DNA from: Nemertoderma westbladi
Lineage: Eukaryota; Animalia; Xenacoelomorpha
Length of the DNA stretch: 36,428 nt
Assembly (NCBI GenBank): GCA_032718475.1
Contig: JAUCBJ010002378.1
Span: 1-36,428, forward strand
Reading direction: 5' to 3'
Positions within the stretch are counted from its first letter, which is position 1. Every line of letters starts with the position of its first letter. The notes under the pieces are model-generated. The model saw nothing but the letters and a program-made list of their open reading frames with translations. It searched no databases and was not told where the DNA came from. Positions 1 through 11,750 of the stretch are shown in pieces. The position numbers and the translations under genes are program-made.

Positions 1-1199
1 GATTACGTGAAGTACTGTAAGGTGATAATTAATATTTAATGATGGATTTGTTCTAAGAAGGTTAAGAAGCTGGGAGGAGTTGAAAGTAGCTTGTCTTTGG
101 ATAACTATAAAATTTGACATTATAAAATAATGTACAAACATATTTAAGATCATATAGGGTTCAAATAATACTAATATTTATTTAAAGTAATAATATGTAC
201 CAAAGTTATCCTTTTAAGTATATCCATCCCATCTGAATCGAATGTATTGGTGCATGACCCAGTGGTGATTCCAAATTTCAAAGTTTTTCCATATTTTGTT
301 TCGTTCATGAGATATCATGTGTGAAGTACGGGTAGTCTATAATGTCGCGATATAAAAATAAATCACAAAATTGTACTTTCCCATGAGTGATTTTATCGCA
401 ATGAGCATGTCTTGTTAGTGGATCCATTCTGCTGAGCATTTCTAACCCACAAAGTGTGGGGGGAGCCGATTTACCAAGTTGGCCATCAAGGTATCCAATA
501 GGGCATACCAGCAAAGGTATGATGCAATAGGGCTAGTCGGGCAGTGGACTATCAATCCACCTCGGTGGGCAGAGAGAGGCTAGCAGAGGCCAAATTGAGG
601 CAGGTTTATGGCGTGATAAGGTAGCCAATATAGGAGGGCTGCATGTGGCATCTTAGAGTGTATCAATCACAGGCCACTTAAACGTGTTAGCCTATAGGCA
701 ATGTATTTCCCCCTTTATATTAATGGTCACATGTATTGTGCAATCAGTTATTCAGTGTAGTATTGGTGAAATAGTTTTCCCCCTCTATGCTGTGCTATCA
801 TCACTACCGGTACACTATATTCATCAGTCAGTCGATAGTAAAGTTCACCAAACAAATTCTTTCATTTCACTCGCCTACGGCCAAGTCAGTCAGTCCAACC
901 ACCAGTCAGCCATTAGCCGTCGCGCATGTGAGGAACATAACAAAGTCAAATGGTCGGGATCTCAGGACAACCGGGATCCCGTCACATGTCTTAAAAAAGT
1001 TTCATACCCTTCATTTTTTAACATACAGAGCGCATTCAGGTGAAATTCAAAACCAATGGTAAATGCAAAGTTCCATCATTTAAATGGTAAGCATTCACAA
1101 ATTTTGGAGTAATTATATTTCATTGCAGTCAAATAGTGGGTTATCTTGAAAGTCCCTCTGTAAAATATACTACCAGGCGTCATGAGGGCAGGGTCCCCG

Positions 1200-1730
1200 A
1201 GCAGCGCCGGTCAGCATAATAGCATGAGCCTGAGAAAGCACCGGGTTCGGTGACACAAGGCAAAGCGAGGGAGAAAGGGACAGGGACAGGGGCATCCGAC
1301 ACCCGAGCAGCACCGGTAAGCTTGGAGCGAGCCTGAGAAAGCATCGAGCCATGATGACACTAGGCAATGCAAGGGTCAGACTGATGGAATAGGACTGCCC
1401 GAGTGGCGCCAGTCAGCTTGGAGCAAGCCTGCGAAGGCATCGAGCCATGATGACACTAGGCGCCTTAGGGAACCAACAAACCCCGCACTAAGCCGCTTGA
1501 CTTGCCTGAGGACCAACCCCAAAAGGGATTGCGAGGGGCGAGCATTACGCAGAGGGTCGACTTCCTACCGACCCGACAGAGTGATATGCAGCATCACTGC
1601 TGCATTCTCTCACTGACCGACAGACACCCAACAGACAGCCGAGCGGCGTCAGTCAGCTTAGTATGAGCCTGCGAAGGTATCGGGCCATGGTGACACTAGG
1701 CAATGCAAGTGACAGACCTGGTGAACTACC
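1200..1730 (+). repeat. Four dispersed copies of a ~60-85 bp GC-rich unit (GAGCCTG-GAAAG-CAYCG...YGRTG-ACAC-WAGGC) with hairpin potential; parent element unidentified
   Basis: Copies start near 1200, 1305, 1401 and 1641 and share GCCTG(A/C)GAA(A/G)G and TGACAC(T/A)AGGC. Confidence 0.75.
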
Positions 1731-2249
1731 AACAGACCTCCGGCTTACTGACTAACTTTTGGCAGACACGGACTGGACGGACATTTTTACACACATAGTT
1801 GAGGGGTTAAAATCTAAAGAAAATAAAGTCAACTGCCCGTTTAAATAAATTGTACTGTAGGCTTATTATTTTTATGCTAAATACATTTATTGTATATATT
1901 CTATTTATATTTGCGTTTGGGGAGTCCCATGTATTTGGAATCAGTGTTAAAATCAATAGAGAACAAGATGAGTTAGAATAAATTGATGATTCAACCCAAC
2001 TCGTTCTTTTTCATTTACAACCTGCATTATCCAACCACACCCCTACCCAACCCAATAACAGTGACTAGTATCGCTGAGATCGCAAACCCTCTCAAACTTA
2101 CATCAGCGTTAAAGAATTAAAGGCAACAAAATTCCAAATATTAGCATTGAATTTTGTCTGACAAAATTTAGGATAAAGGAGAAACCTCGGAGCAACTTCC
2201 CGACAGAATGTGGCACTGCGACGAATTCTTGAAACCATCAGTGGTACAA

Positions 2250-3246
2250 TATACGACTTTGAGTTGGTCTACTGACACTGAGTCTTGTTTGCCGTTTATT
2301 TCTATGAGGAAATATTTATCGCCAGCCTCTAACACTTTGAATGGTCCAGTGTAGGGTCTTTCAAGTGGTCCGCGGTGCTTGTCCACTCGGACATAAATGA
2401 ACCTGATCGAAGCTAAGTTGCTTGGGAAATGTTTGGGCTTTTGTCAATGGATGGTTATTGGTGGAGGAAGTGTCGCCTGCATTGTTGATTGGAGGTGATT
2501 GAGAAACTCATCTATCGGCATCACGAGAGCCGGGTTGAAGGAGCTTGCTGGGAATGTGAAGAGATGTGCCACAGACGAGATCAGCGGCCAAGCAGTTTCC
2601 ATCTTCGCGCCACGCAGTCCGCATTCCGAGGAGAACGAGTGGCATTTCGTCTATCCATTGCGGGTTGATAAGGCGAGCTTTAAGAACAGCCTTAAGCTGC
2701 CGGTGCATCCATTCAACCATTCCATTTGCCTGTGATGCTGTAGTGGAGGAGGCAGAGATGCCGAGCAGTTTGTGTAGATTTGCCCAGAGTTTGGATGTGA
2801 ACTGGGCATCACGGTCCAAAGTTAGATCATCGGGTATGCCAAATCTGGACATCCAGTTCCTGATAAATGCTTGGGCACAAGTCAACGAAGTGGCATTCTC
2901 CAGTGGAATTGCTTCAAGCCTTCGTGTGAAACGATAGATGATCGTAAAGAGGTATGTGTAGCCTTCAGACACCGGAAGGGGACCAACGAGGTCGATGTGG
3001 ATGCTGCCAAATCGACGGTCAGGTTGAGGTCAAGTGGCAAGAGGTGCGTGTACGTGGCGCTGTACTTTTGATGCTTGGTCAGCACCATTTTCTAATATCT
3101 GATTTCATCTTGTGCCATAGGAACTTAGATGAAATTGCACGTTGTGTTGGACAGAAACCGGCATGTGCCAGATTGTGTATGGCATAGAACACAAGGCCAG
3201 GACGATGGGCTGATTGTTAACAGTGGAAACATCGCATAGGACTGAG
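2250..3246 (-). pseudogene. Gypsy-1 integrase (zinc-binding remnant, DDE core, GPY/F module), frameshifted
   Basis: ORFs 2508-2972 (YLFTIIYRFTRRLEAIPL...W..RFGIP...ANGMVE) and 2168-2386 (PLERPYTGPFKVL...SVSVDQLK). Confidence 0.9.
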
Positions 3247-3459
3247 TACCCGGGTTGAGAATCATGAGATTATTTTAAAGCCTTGACTATTACTTACAAT
3301 TTACTTGAAAGTACTCAAAAAGCGTTTGATAATTGTAATTTAACTAAGTCTTAGTAAGTTACTTGGTAATTCTATGAAAACTTGTAAGTAAATCAGTACT
3401 TGACAATATAACTAATTGTTTGGAAGTAATTATCAAGTTTTTCAAAGTTTTCAGTAGTG

Positions 3460-4264
3460 ATATTTTCAATTTTTATTTACATTTTTTACATTTCTCACGT
3501 AAGCACAAACCATAGCACAGTTTAAAACTAGGCCATAGCTCTACAGAGCTAGTGCGGCCAAATTATAACAGGTGATGAAATGTAAATATTTCGGTAGTAA
3601 TGTAATTTTAGATGTAATTATAACGGTAGATGACAGGAGGAGGATGTAGGGGGGAATATAGGGGGGGGGGGGGGGGGGGGGGGGGCAAGGGGTGGATTTA
3701 CTAATCAGAGACATGAAGGGCGACGGCGAACACGAAATGAGGACGATGGGCTTTCAATGCGTCATAGATGCTTACAAATTATAGTTACTAACATCTAGTT
3801 ATGAAATTATGCGCGAATAATAAGTAAATTTTGGGGAAATAATAATTTAAATAATAACAATTTAGATAAAAATAAATTTTTTGGGAAAACTAGTTTTCGG
3901 AGTTTTAAATACGATCAAGCAGTGAGAAGAGGTGATTTTTTAGGTACTTTATAAAACTGCTTCGAGATTTTTGTAATTTAATATTTTGGGGAAGGTTATT
4001 CCATACTATTGACCCGTCGTAGTGTATTGATTTTTGTGCAACTACTAATCTTGTAGATGGAATAAAGTAGTTTCCTCGCGAGCTAGATCGAGTGTAATGT
4101 TCGTGTATTTGCGAGGATTTTTGAAATAAAGATATTAATGCTACTGGTTTGTTGCCATGATGTATTGAAAACATGAATTTTGCTACTTCTTGTTTGTATA
4201 GAAAATCTAGAGGAAGGATATGTAGGGGCTTATAGATAGGTTTAAAAGAATGATTAACTTTCAA
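3460..4264 (-). mobile_element. 5'-truncated CR1/L2-group LINE (ORF2 C-terminus plus 3' UTR) nested in the CACTA element
   Basis: ORF 3905-4264 (PIYKPLHILPL...HEHYTRS...SIHYDGSIVWNNLP...FIKYLK) is a typical CR1-group ORF2 tail. 3' stem-loop at 3531-3559 and minus-strand AATAAA near 3472. Confidence 0.85.
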
Positions 4265-4592
4265 ATACTTGTCAGTAGCTTAGCACAGCACATGTACTTT
4301 TAATCAGGCCAGGTCAGTCATTCTGTCAGTTGGTCTGAGTCTGCAGGTCTGAGTGTGACTTTTACTTTTGTTTCAGTCACTTCCAGCCTATAAGCTCAGA
4401 TTGTCAGGCGCAGCCGCAGGCCTCAGGCAATACTGCAATAAGCCTCAAATTGACCGTCTGCTGTCTGTGTCTGACTGTGTACATAATAATTAGGCCTACA
4501 CAATTAATAGCAATCTGGCAATAGACCCTGCAGTTTACAGTTGGAAAAAACGTGACAGCCTATACAGCTATACCTGTATACTGCTATAGATA

Positions 4593-5854
4593 GTGTTGGA
4601 TGACGAATTTACAAGATGGATTTATGTAAATTTTAATACTGATGGGGTGACGACGGTGCATCGGTCGAAGGGATATTGTTTGTGGCCTGTGATGGTTTCT
4701 ATAATTAATCTGGCTCCACTATTGCGGCGGAAATTCGGGAACCTTTTAATGGTTGTTCAGTTGTTACTCTGTATCATGGATGCGAGAAACCAGATATACC
4801 AATTGCTCTACTAACTATACTACTATACGAAAATCTACAACAATTTAATATGATGTGGAATGGGTTAATTATTAAAATAAGTGTAGTAGCATTTATTGCT
4901 GATTTACCAGCCAAAGCTGATTCGTTAAATATAATGCATCACAATGCATTATTATGGGTGCTCATGGTGCTTTATATGTGGTACATACAGTCGAGAATTT
5001 TCTAAGATGATTTTCCCTTTCGAAGATAGCCCATCACAATGTCGGAGCAGTGATACACACACAGTTCTTTCTGCTAAGGCTGAAGAAACTGGTTTGCCAC
5101 AGAAGGCTTTAAGGGTCTTTCTCCTTTGCACAACGTCATCAGCATACCTCTGGGCGCACCTTTTGACCCGATGCATTTGCTATTCCTAGGTATTTGTAAA
5201 CTTCTTAAGTTCATGATTAAGGAGAAACTTGTTGATACTTCAAAATGTTCTGAAATTTTACTTACTTTGAGAGTTCCTGAACAATTTTCTAAACCACGAA
5301 CATTTGATTTCTCAAAAAACTAGAAATCTATGCAATACAAAAAAATTTTCTTATATTTTGCTGTACCACTTTTTTCCTTGATTTCTGTGGATATTAAGGT
5401 AATTGTTTTAGTACTTTCTTTGTCAACGGTAATGCATTTATTGTTGGGAGATCATATTACTTCTAGTAACATAGATGATGCAGAACAACTTATTACTTCA
5501 TTTAGAATTATACTTCCGAGACTTTTTGGAGACTCTGCTCAAAGTTTAACACTGCATGCGTTATCTCACTTATCGCAACAAGTGCGTTTCCATGGTCCAT
5601 TATTTAGTGTTGCTGCCAGTGTTTTTGAAATTGCGTTTCATCCCCTCAAATCAATGGTATCCGGAAGTGATAGTGAGGGTTCAATTATAGTCAAAAGATT
5701 TCTGCGTCTTAAATATCATTTAAGTGAACACAATAATTTTCCTACACAAAATTGCCATATGGACATTTTTGTGGATAACAACAATGTGAAAGTTCTTGGA
5801 AATCTGTCACCTTCTAGTGCATTACCCCATATCGATGACACATTATTTTTTTAA
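4593..5854 (+). pseudogene. EnSpm/CACTA transposase (Transposase_21-like), frameshifted
   Basis: Motifs across frames: FNTDG...LWPV...INLAP..RR..N, IADLPAKA, YYGCSWC, DPMHLLFLG, HALSHL..QV..HGPL...A..FE. Confidence 0.88.
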
Positions 5855-6007
5855 CATTGATCGCTCCCATATTAAAAATGTGGCTTATAGAATTTGCGTA
5901 AATAATATTATATTTCATTCATATTCATATCCTAGGAAAAAAATTTAGCATCGTTTTACGGCATTTTAATTGATGGAGGAATAGATTATACTTTTGTTGC
6001 AAAGTAG

Positions 6008-6400
6008 TAGTGTTTAAACTGGATCCGATCCTGGATCCCGGCAAATATGTAATCCCGATCCTTAAGTTAAAAAGAATAAATTAAATTTATTGAATATCCG
6101 TTGAAAAGTGACACCGGAATTTGTATTGATTATATCGAATTACTATGTCAGTAAACCATCCAGTAATCAACTATAAATTTATTTAAATATAAATTTATCT
6201 TAACTGATATTTGTGCAGTGTGAATTGTGAAATAAAGTGATAAAAAATTTCCAAAAACCATTTCGTACATACACCTGCCACACTGAAAACTATTAAGAAA
6301 CTTTAATTTAAAATTGCAATACCAATAGCGATAGAGTGGCAATCCCTGCTCAGATCCCGATCCCGGAAATCCCGAAAAGACTCATCCCGTTTAAACACTA
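6008..6400. mobile_element. Non-autonomous MITE, probably hAT superfamily
   Basis: TIRs TAGTGTTTAAAC (6008) and GTTTAAACACTA (ends 6400), subterminal GATCCCG motifs, degenerate 8-bp TSD CAAAGTAG/CAAAATAT. Confidence 0.75.
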
Positions 6401-6679
6401 CAAAATATTGCAAACTTGGTTTTGCTTTTTTTGCCTACTTATTAATTCGTTTTTCTATGTAGTACAATACCTATAAACTATTATACTATGTAAATTATGC
6501 CAAACTTTATATTATATGATTGCTGTATATGCTATAACTCTGTTAAAACTGTTATTGCATTTAATTTCAAGATTGTGCAATTTGATTTGATTATAATTGC
6601 AGACCACCATATATTATTATATTTCTGTTGGAAGTTGAGTTGCTTCTATTAAACATATCATTGACTTATTAAATGTGGT

Positions 6680-7000
6680 CAACTGATTACTTGGATCAAC
6701 TGATTACTTGGATCCACTGATCCAAGGTTTCACGCGATCCACTTTGATCCATTAATTACTTGGGAAACTTACTAAGTAGGCCTACTGATAATTACTTTGT
6801 AGGGTAATATTTCTCTAGGTTATTATTACTTGGGAAACTTGCAAGTAAATTATAATTACTTGGGTAATTTAGTAAGTACATTGTAATTACTTGGGAATCT
6901 TGGTAAGTGCATTGTAATTACTCGGGAATCTTGAAAGTACTTGCAACGTTCTTGCAAAGAGCTTGTAAAGGATGATTTATAAGTACTTGGTAATTTTACC
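6680..7000. repeat. CACTA subterminal repeats (ATTACTTGG / AAGTA), mirrored at 3285-3440
   Basis: Many ATTACTTGG(G) copies near the right TIR, with related motifs near the left TIR. Confidence 0.75.
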
Positions 7001-7018
7001 ATGATTTTAACCCGGGTG

Positions 7019-8390
7019 GTCACTGAAGGATATGTCTGTGAGGCAGAGACCAGAGATTGCTGTGTGATAGGAGGTGATGTCACCCGAGGAAGACTGGTCA
7101 ATTGTCAGCTGGGGATAGTTTATTGTTGGTAGGTAAATAGCTGAGACTGAGGGAGCAACAATGTTGTCAGGGCCTTTGGTATGGCGAATATCAGTTGTGA
7201 ATTTGGCAATGTATGACATATGTCGAGTTTGGAGTGGTGAACGATCAGTAGAGGCTGAGAAAGCGAAGGTAAGTGGCCTGTGATAAGTAAGTATGTGGAA
7301 CTTTGTACCCTCGACGAAGTGTTGGAAGTGTTTAATCGAGGTGTAGATAGCTAAAAGTTCACGGTCGAAAGTGCTGTGCTTCGACTCAGCAGTGGTAAGC
7401 TTCCGGGAAAAAAATGCCAGTGGTTGCCAAACTCCGGAGTTCTGCTGTTCCAGCTGTGCCCCAACAGCAATGTCGGATGCATCGGTGCTGATCCTTGTAT
7501 CACTCGTATGGCTAGGGTGTATGAGGGGGTGGCGTTTATAAGTGCTGATTTTGCGGCTTTAAAGGTGGACTGACAGTTTATTGTCCAGATTACATCTTTA
7601 CCTTTATGCCCTTTGTTGCTTCATGGAGTGCTGAAAGGGTGCTGGCAACACGCGAAATATAGCGGTGATAATATTTATCATTCCGAGGAAACGTTGGAAT
7701 GCAAGTTTTGATTCAGGTACTGGGTAGTCGAGGATGGCAGAAACTTTGGTTGGTAGTGGAGTAATGCCTGTGGCATTGATGTTGTGTCCTAGGTATGTGA
7801 GTTCTGCTGAACCGAAAACACACTTACTACTATTTATTACCATCCCATTGACAAGAAGGGGGCGGAAAACATGTTTCAAGTGGTCTGCATGTTCCTCAGA
7901 GTTTGCACTAGCAACAAGGATGTCGTCTAGGTACACAAATGTGAAGGGAATGCCGCGTAGGATGCCATTCATGAGGCGCTGGAAGGCCTGTGTGGCATTC
8001 TTCAGTCCGAATGGCATCCTGAGGAACTCATATAACCCAAAGGGTGTTGTGATGGCAGTTTTAGCTACATCATTGGTATGGACAGGGATGTGATGAAACC
8101 CTCGCACCAAGTCGATCTTAGAAAACATAGTTGTGCCATCAAGACTGGCATTGAAGTCTTGTATGTGAGGGAGAGGATATCTATCATCCGTTGTGACATC
8201 ATTTAGTTGGTGGAAGTCCACACATGGGTGCCAGCCACCACCAGGTTTGGGGGCGATATGGAGGGGAGTGGACCAAGGTGAGTTGGATTGGCGAATGATA
8301 CCGTGTTCCTCCATGTCTGTGGTCCTCTGTCTTGGCTATTTCCAATTTCTCAGAATTGAGACGCCGAGCTTGAGAGTGAAGTGGTAGGCC
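7019..8390 (-). pseudogene. Gypsy-1 reverse transcriptase and RNase H, frameshifted
   Basis: ORF 7604-8314 has SPWSTPLH, DRYPLP, FSKIDL, MPFGLKNA and YLDD. Downstream RNase H remnants include TDASD, FDRELLAIY and HTKGPDNIVA. Confidence 0.93.
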
Positions 8391-8516
8391 TTGGGTAAGG
8401 AAATAATGTTCTACACCATATTTGTTTGTCGCGTCTGTGTAGAAGCGTGGTATCAGGAGTTCAGGAAACTCATTAATGATCTTGTCGAAGGGATTACCAG
8501 AGTGGGAGTGGATGCC

Positions 8517-8885
8517 TCAGATAGATGGCTGTATGTGGGATTCCTTGGAAGGGATCGTTTCCAGCAGTTTGAAGTCGAGGAGGCGACACCCAGTCATGTC
8601 GATTGCCAAGTGGTTGGTTGTCAGCAAAGACGTCTGCACCGAGAATAGGTTGTGAAACTTCAGCAAGGCGGAACTTGTGGATGAAGGATCAACGACCGAG
8701 TAGGAGAGGGATGTCTCATGAACCCCATGTGCGGATGATGTTTGAGTTTGCAGCTTCAGGTGGATCTGTGCATGTGTTAAACCGCTTTTCATATGCAGAT
8801 GCAGGGTAAACCGAGTAATCGCACCACAGTCTACGAGGTAGTGGCGACCAGAGCGGCGGTCACAAACCTTCATCGTGTTTCTTTT
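8517..8885 (-). pseudogene. Gypsy-1 aspartic protease remnant
   Basis: VCDRRSGRHYLVDCGA is a variant of the D-T/S-G active site; ILGADVF occurs in another frame. Confidence 0.75.
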
Positions 8886-8962
8886 CGTCGTTGGAGGGTG
8901 GCCGACCACAGAGAAGCCTAGCGGTCGGCCTGGGAGTTTCCCGAGGCTTTCCTGTACCATTG

Positions 8963-9699
8963 TTAGGTTGTCAATGTTCGTACTAGTTTGCGGAGTGGGC
9001 AATCCCCTTGTTTACAGTTCCGTGCTTTCTCTCCAAATTTTGCGTAGTAGAAACAAAGGCTGTTTGTAGTGGTCATTAGGTGAGGTGGGGCAAAACGGCA
9101 AAAAATGTAAATGCAGGCTGGACCGAGTTCGGGATTCCCAGCCTCGATAATGTGGTCAGCCTCTGTTGCTAGTTTTTCGAGGTCTGTAGTTCCAGATCCA
9201 GCAAGGATGCAACACACTTCAGTGGGCATTTGGGCCAGGAATAGAGCGCGAAAAATTGTCTCAGGGTTACTATTCAGGGAACGCATGTATCGTAGCAGAC
9301 CCGATGGTGTTCGGTCTCCAAGACCAGACAATGACAGCAGTGCGTTGTCTCTTGCTGCTTGCGTTGTTCCAAATGCTTTGATCAGGGCAATCTTGAGAGC
9401 CCCATAGCGTTCATTAGCGGGAGGAACGAGGATGAGGGCGCGAACTTCTTTTGCGGTTGCATTGTCAAGGGAAGCTAGTTGAACTTGGTCTTGTCAGCAG
9501 TGATTGATGGAGTCCGTGTCTCAAATTGCGCCTCCACTTGAGTGAACCAGATTTCTGGATCAGAGGTCCAAAAAGTAGGTAGTTTGACTGACACAGATGT
9601 GATGGTTGGAGTGGGATTGGTGACGGGCTGTGCCTGTGCTAAGCCGTTGAGGGCCTGGGCGATGAGCAGAATGTCGTTGGGTTCCATCTGTTGCTGCAC
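8963..9699 (-). pseudogene. Gypsy-1 gag
   Basis: VKLPTFWTSDPEIWFTQVEAQF, LGDRTPSGLL, and a CFYYAKFG..A.NC...C zinc-knuckle variant. Confidence 0.88.
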
Positions 9700-10604
9700 A
9701 GTGTGCAGGGTGTGTCAGCGAGAGAAAGTTCTTGATCGTCAACTACTTTTCGAACGAGTAATCAACAATCAACTACTATCCTACTTAAACAAAAATTCAA
9801 TACTATCAGACAGCCAGTACGGTTTTAGAACACACTCCACTACGACAGACGCCATACTCACGGTAACTGAGAGACTACTACAGATACTAGACTCACAGGA
9901 ATATGCTTGTCTAGTATCTATCGACCTTAAGAAAGCATTTGATACACTACAACACCAAATACTATTGGACAAACTAGACTGCTATGGCATACGACGAGGC
10001 ATCCCACACAAACTGCTGACTAGCTACTTACACAAGAGAACACATACCGTTGCAATAGGCAACTCTACTTCAGAATCAATACATGCTTCCTGTGGTACCC
10101 CACAGGGAGCAATACTGAGCGCAACACTGTTCCTACTGTACATAAATGACCTACCAAATTGTACTTCACTACTAACAACACTATTTGCGGACGACACGAA
10201 TCTACTTTATTATCACTCAAACCCTGACACACTACAAGACACTATCACTACTGAACTTAGTAAACTTGATCAGTGGCTCACTGACAACCAACTATCACTA
10301 AACCTTAAAAAAACAGAACACTTAATTATCACAAATAAAAAACACGCCAACATTGCAAATATAAAAATACGACAAACTCCTATTAAAAAAGTAATTCACA
10401 CAAAATTTCTTGGAATATGGATAGACAATGAACTAACATAGAAAAATCACTGTGCCTACGTGCTTAAAAAAATTTCAAAATCTATAGGTATTTTCTTTAA
10501 ACTTCGCTACTTTCTACCACTACACATACTTAAACTACTTTACCACTCCCTTATACAACCATACATTACATACGGGATAGTGATCTGGGGAAATGCTCAA
10601 CCTG

Positions 10605-11724
10605 TGTTCGCGCTTTCAGACCTTTAGCAGTTTAACCTGCCAAATTTGGATGTGTTTTAGATGATAAATAGTCTTTAGCCTATAACAAGTATTTGATACA
10701 CTACATTAGCCGAATCCAGTCTATGCGCGATCATTCACCCGCTGGATATACCCGGGAGACTGGATTCGGAAGCCTAACCGTATTGCGAGGTAGGCCTACT
10801 GTATTATTCGACTGATCGTAATATATATAATCTCTGACAAATATTATTCACTTTCGGGAAATATTAACAGTTCCTTTAGGACGTGGCGCTTTAAATATAT
10901 AAACAGAGTTATGACTTGGAATATGGCGCATTCTTTAGGAGATGCTTCGTTATCAATCACAATCATACACAATACTGCACAATGCTGCACACTAATCTGC
11001 CGACCTTCACTAATTTTAGTCACATATAAGGAGAACAACAGACAATACGTGTAGGGCCTATAAAATAGCATTAGATTCACTTCAAACCACTTAATGTAAG
11101 TCGCAATCGTTATATGTATCCGGTCTCTCTAACCTTTAGTATAAGATTGGGGTGTCTGATTGTTTATCAGTATTCTGAATATAATATTCCATCAACAAAT
11201 AATAATGAATAACCGACAGTAAAAGCAGTAATGTTAAGGTATGAATGATTATGAGTGACTGAGTTATGAGAGTGAGTAAGATAACGGATATACGTTCTAT
11301 AATTAAGCCTACTAATGTTGATGCTAAAGACTGAAACACGGAGGTTCCACGCCGGTGTTGTAGGCTGTGGACAAAATCACATACTGACTCACTTCCCTAG
11401 TTTCTATATACCATCTCCAACACAGAGGCAAAAAACGCTCTGATTGGTCGACCGAACAAAGAGAGAACAAAGAACAAAGAGATGTTCTACGTGGCAATAT
11501 CAGCTGTTAGCCGTCGTCATGGTAGCTACACTGTTTCAAGAGGATCTGGCGTATTGCGTCATAGAATTGCTAATCATGTCCGCTAAAGTACACATACAGA
11601 AGAAATGGCTTTTATGTCCTCTAAAACAACAATACAGTAAGGACACGGCCTTTTATGCCTGTTAAACCAACTACAGAGTACTTTACGGGGAAAATAACCG
11701 GCTAATTACGCAAAAGCCTTTACA
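10605..11724 (-). repeat. BEL 3' LTR (1120 bp)
   Basis: TGTTCGCGC...TTTACA, near-identical to 26400-27556. Confidence 0.96.
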
Positions 11725-11733
11725 CCGCTCCCA
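11725..11733 (-). promoter_or_regulatory. Short purine-rich tract (probable PPT) of the BEL element
   Basis: The minus strand reads GGGAGCGG immediately before the TG of the 3' LTR. Confidence 0.6.
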
Positions 11734-11750
11734 GAAAATGGGATTTAAGT

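Larger units (their letters stand above)
3249..7016 (+). mobile_element. EnSpm/CACTA (CMC) DNA transposon, degenerate, inserted in Gypsy-1 pol
   Basis: Imperfect TIRs CCCGGGTTGAGAATCATG (3249) and CATGATTTTAACCCGGG (ends 7016). Flanks TA/TG fit a 2-bp TSD, and removing it restores the Gypsy frame (DISFSDYSVLCDVST). Subterminal ATTACTTG repeats and internal transposase remnants. Confidence 0.87.

Noticed and set aside
300-1100. Short ORFs and a possible Gypsy-1 3' LTR
   Set aside because: No recognisable protein motifs and no match to the LTR remnant at 28362-28410.
1325-1390. Box C/D snoRNA (CTGA, ATGATGA) or hammerhead core (CTGATGG)
   Set aside because: The boxes are not conserved in the other repeat copies and no complete CUGANGA/GAAA junction can be built.
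3661-3685. Long G homopolymers (also about 28979-29004 and 33999-34014)
   Set aside because: They are simple runs inside TE sequence, their length is unreliable in assemblies, and no specific function can be supported.
9542-10441. 299-aa plus-strand ORF as a novel RT fusion gene
   Set aside because: It is a chimera: the first ~66 codons are antisense Gypsy gag and leader, read into the 5'-truncated LINE RT at 9741.
11444-11665. 73-aa ORF duplicated at 27276-27497
   Set aside because: It is duplicated only because it lies in the LTRs, has a non-ATG start and shows no recognisable domain.
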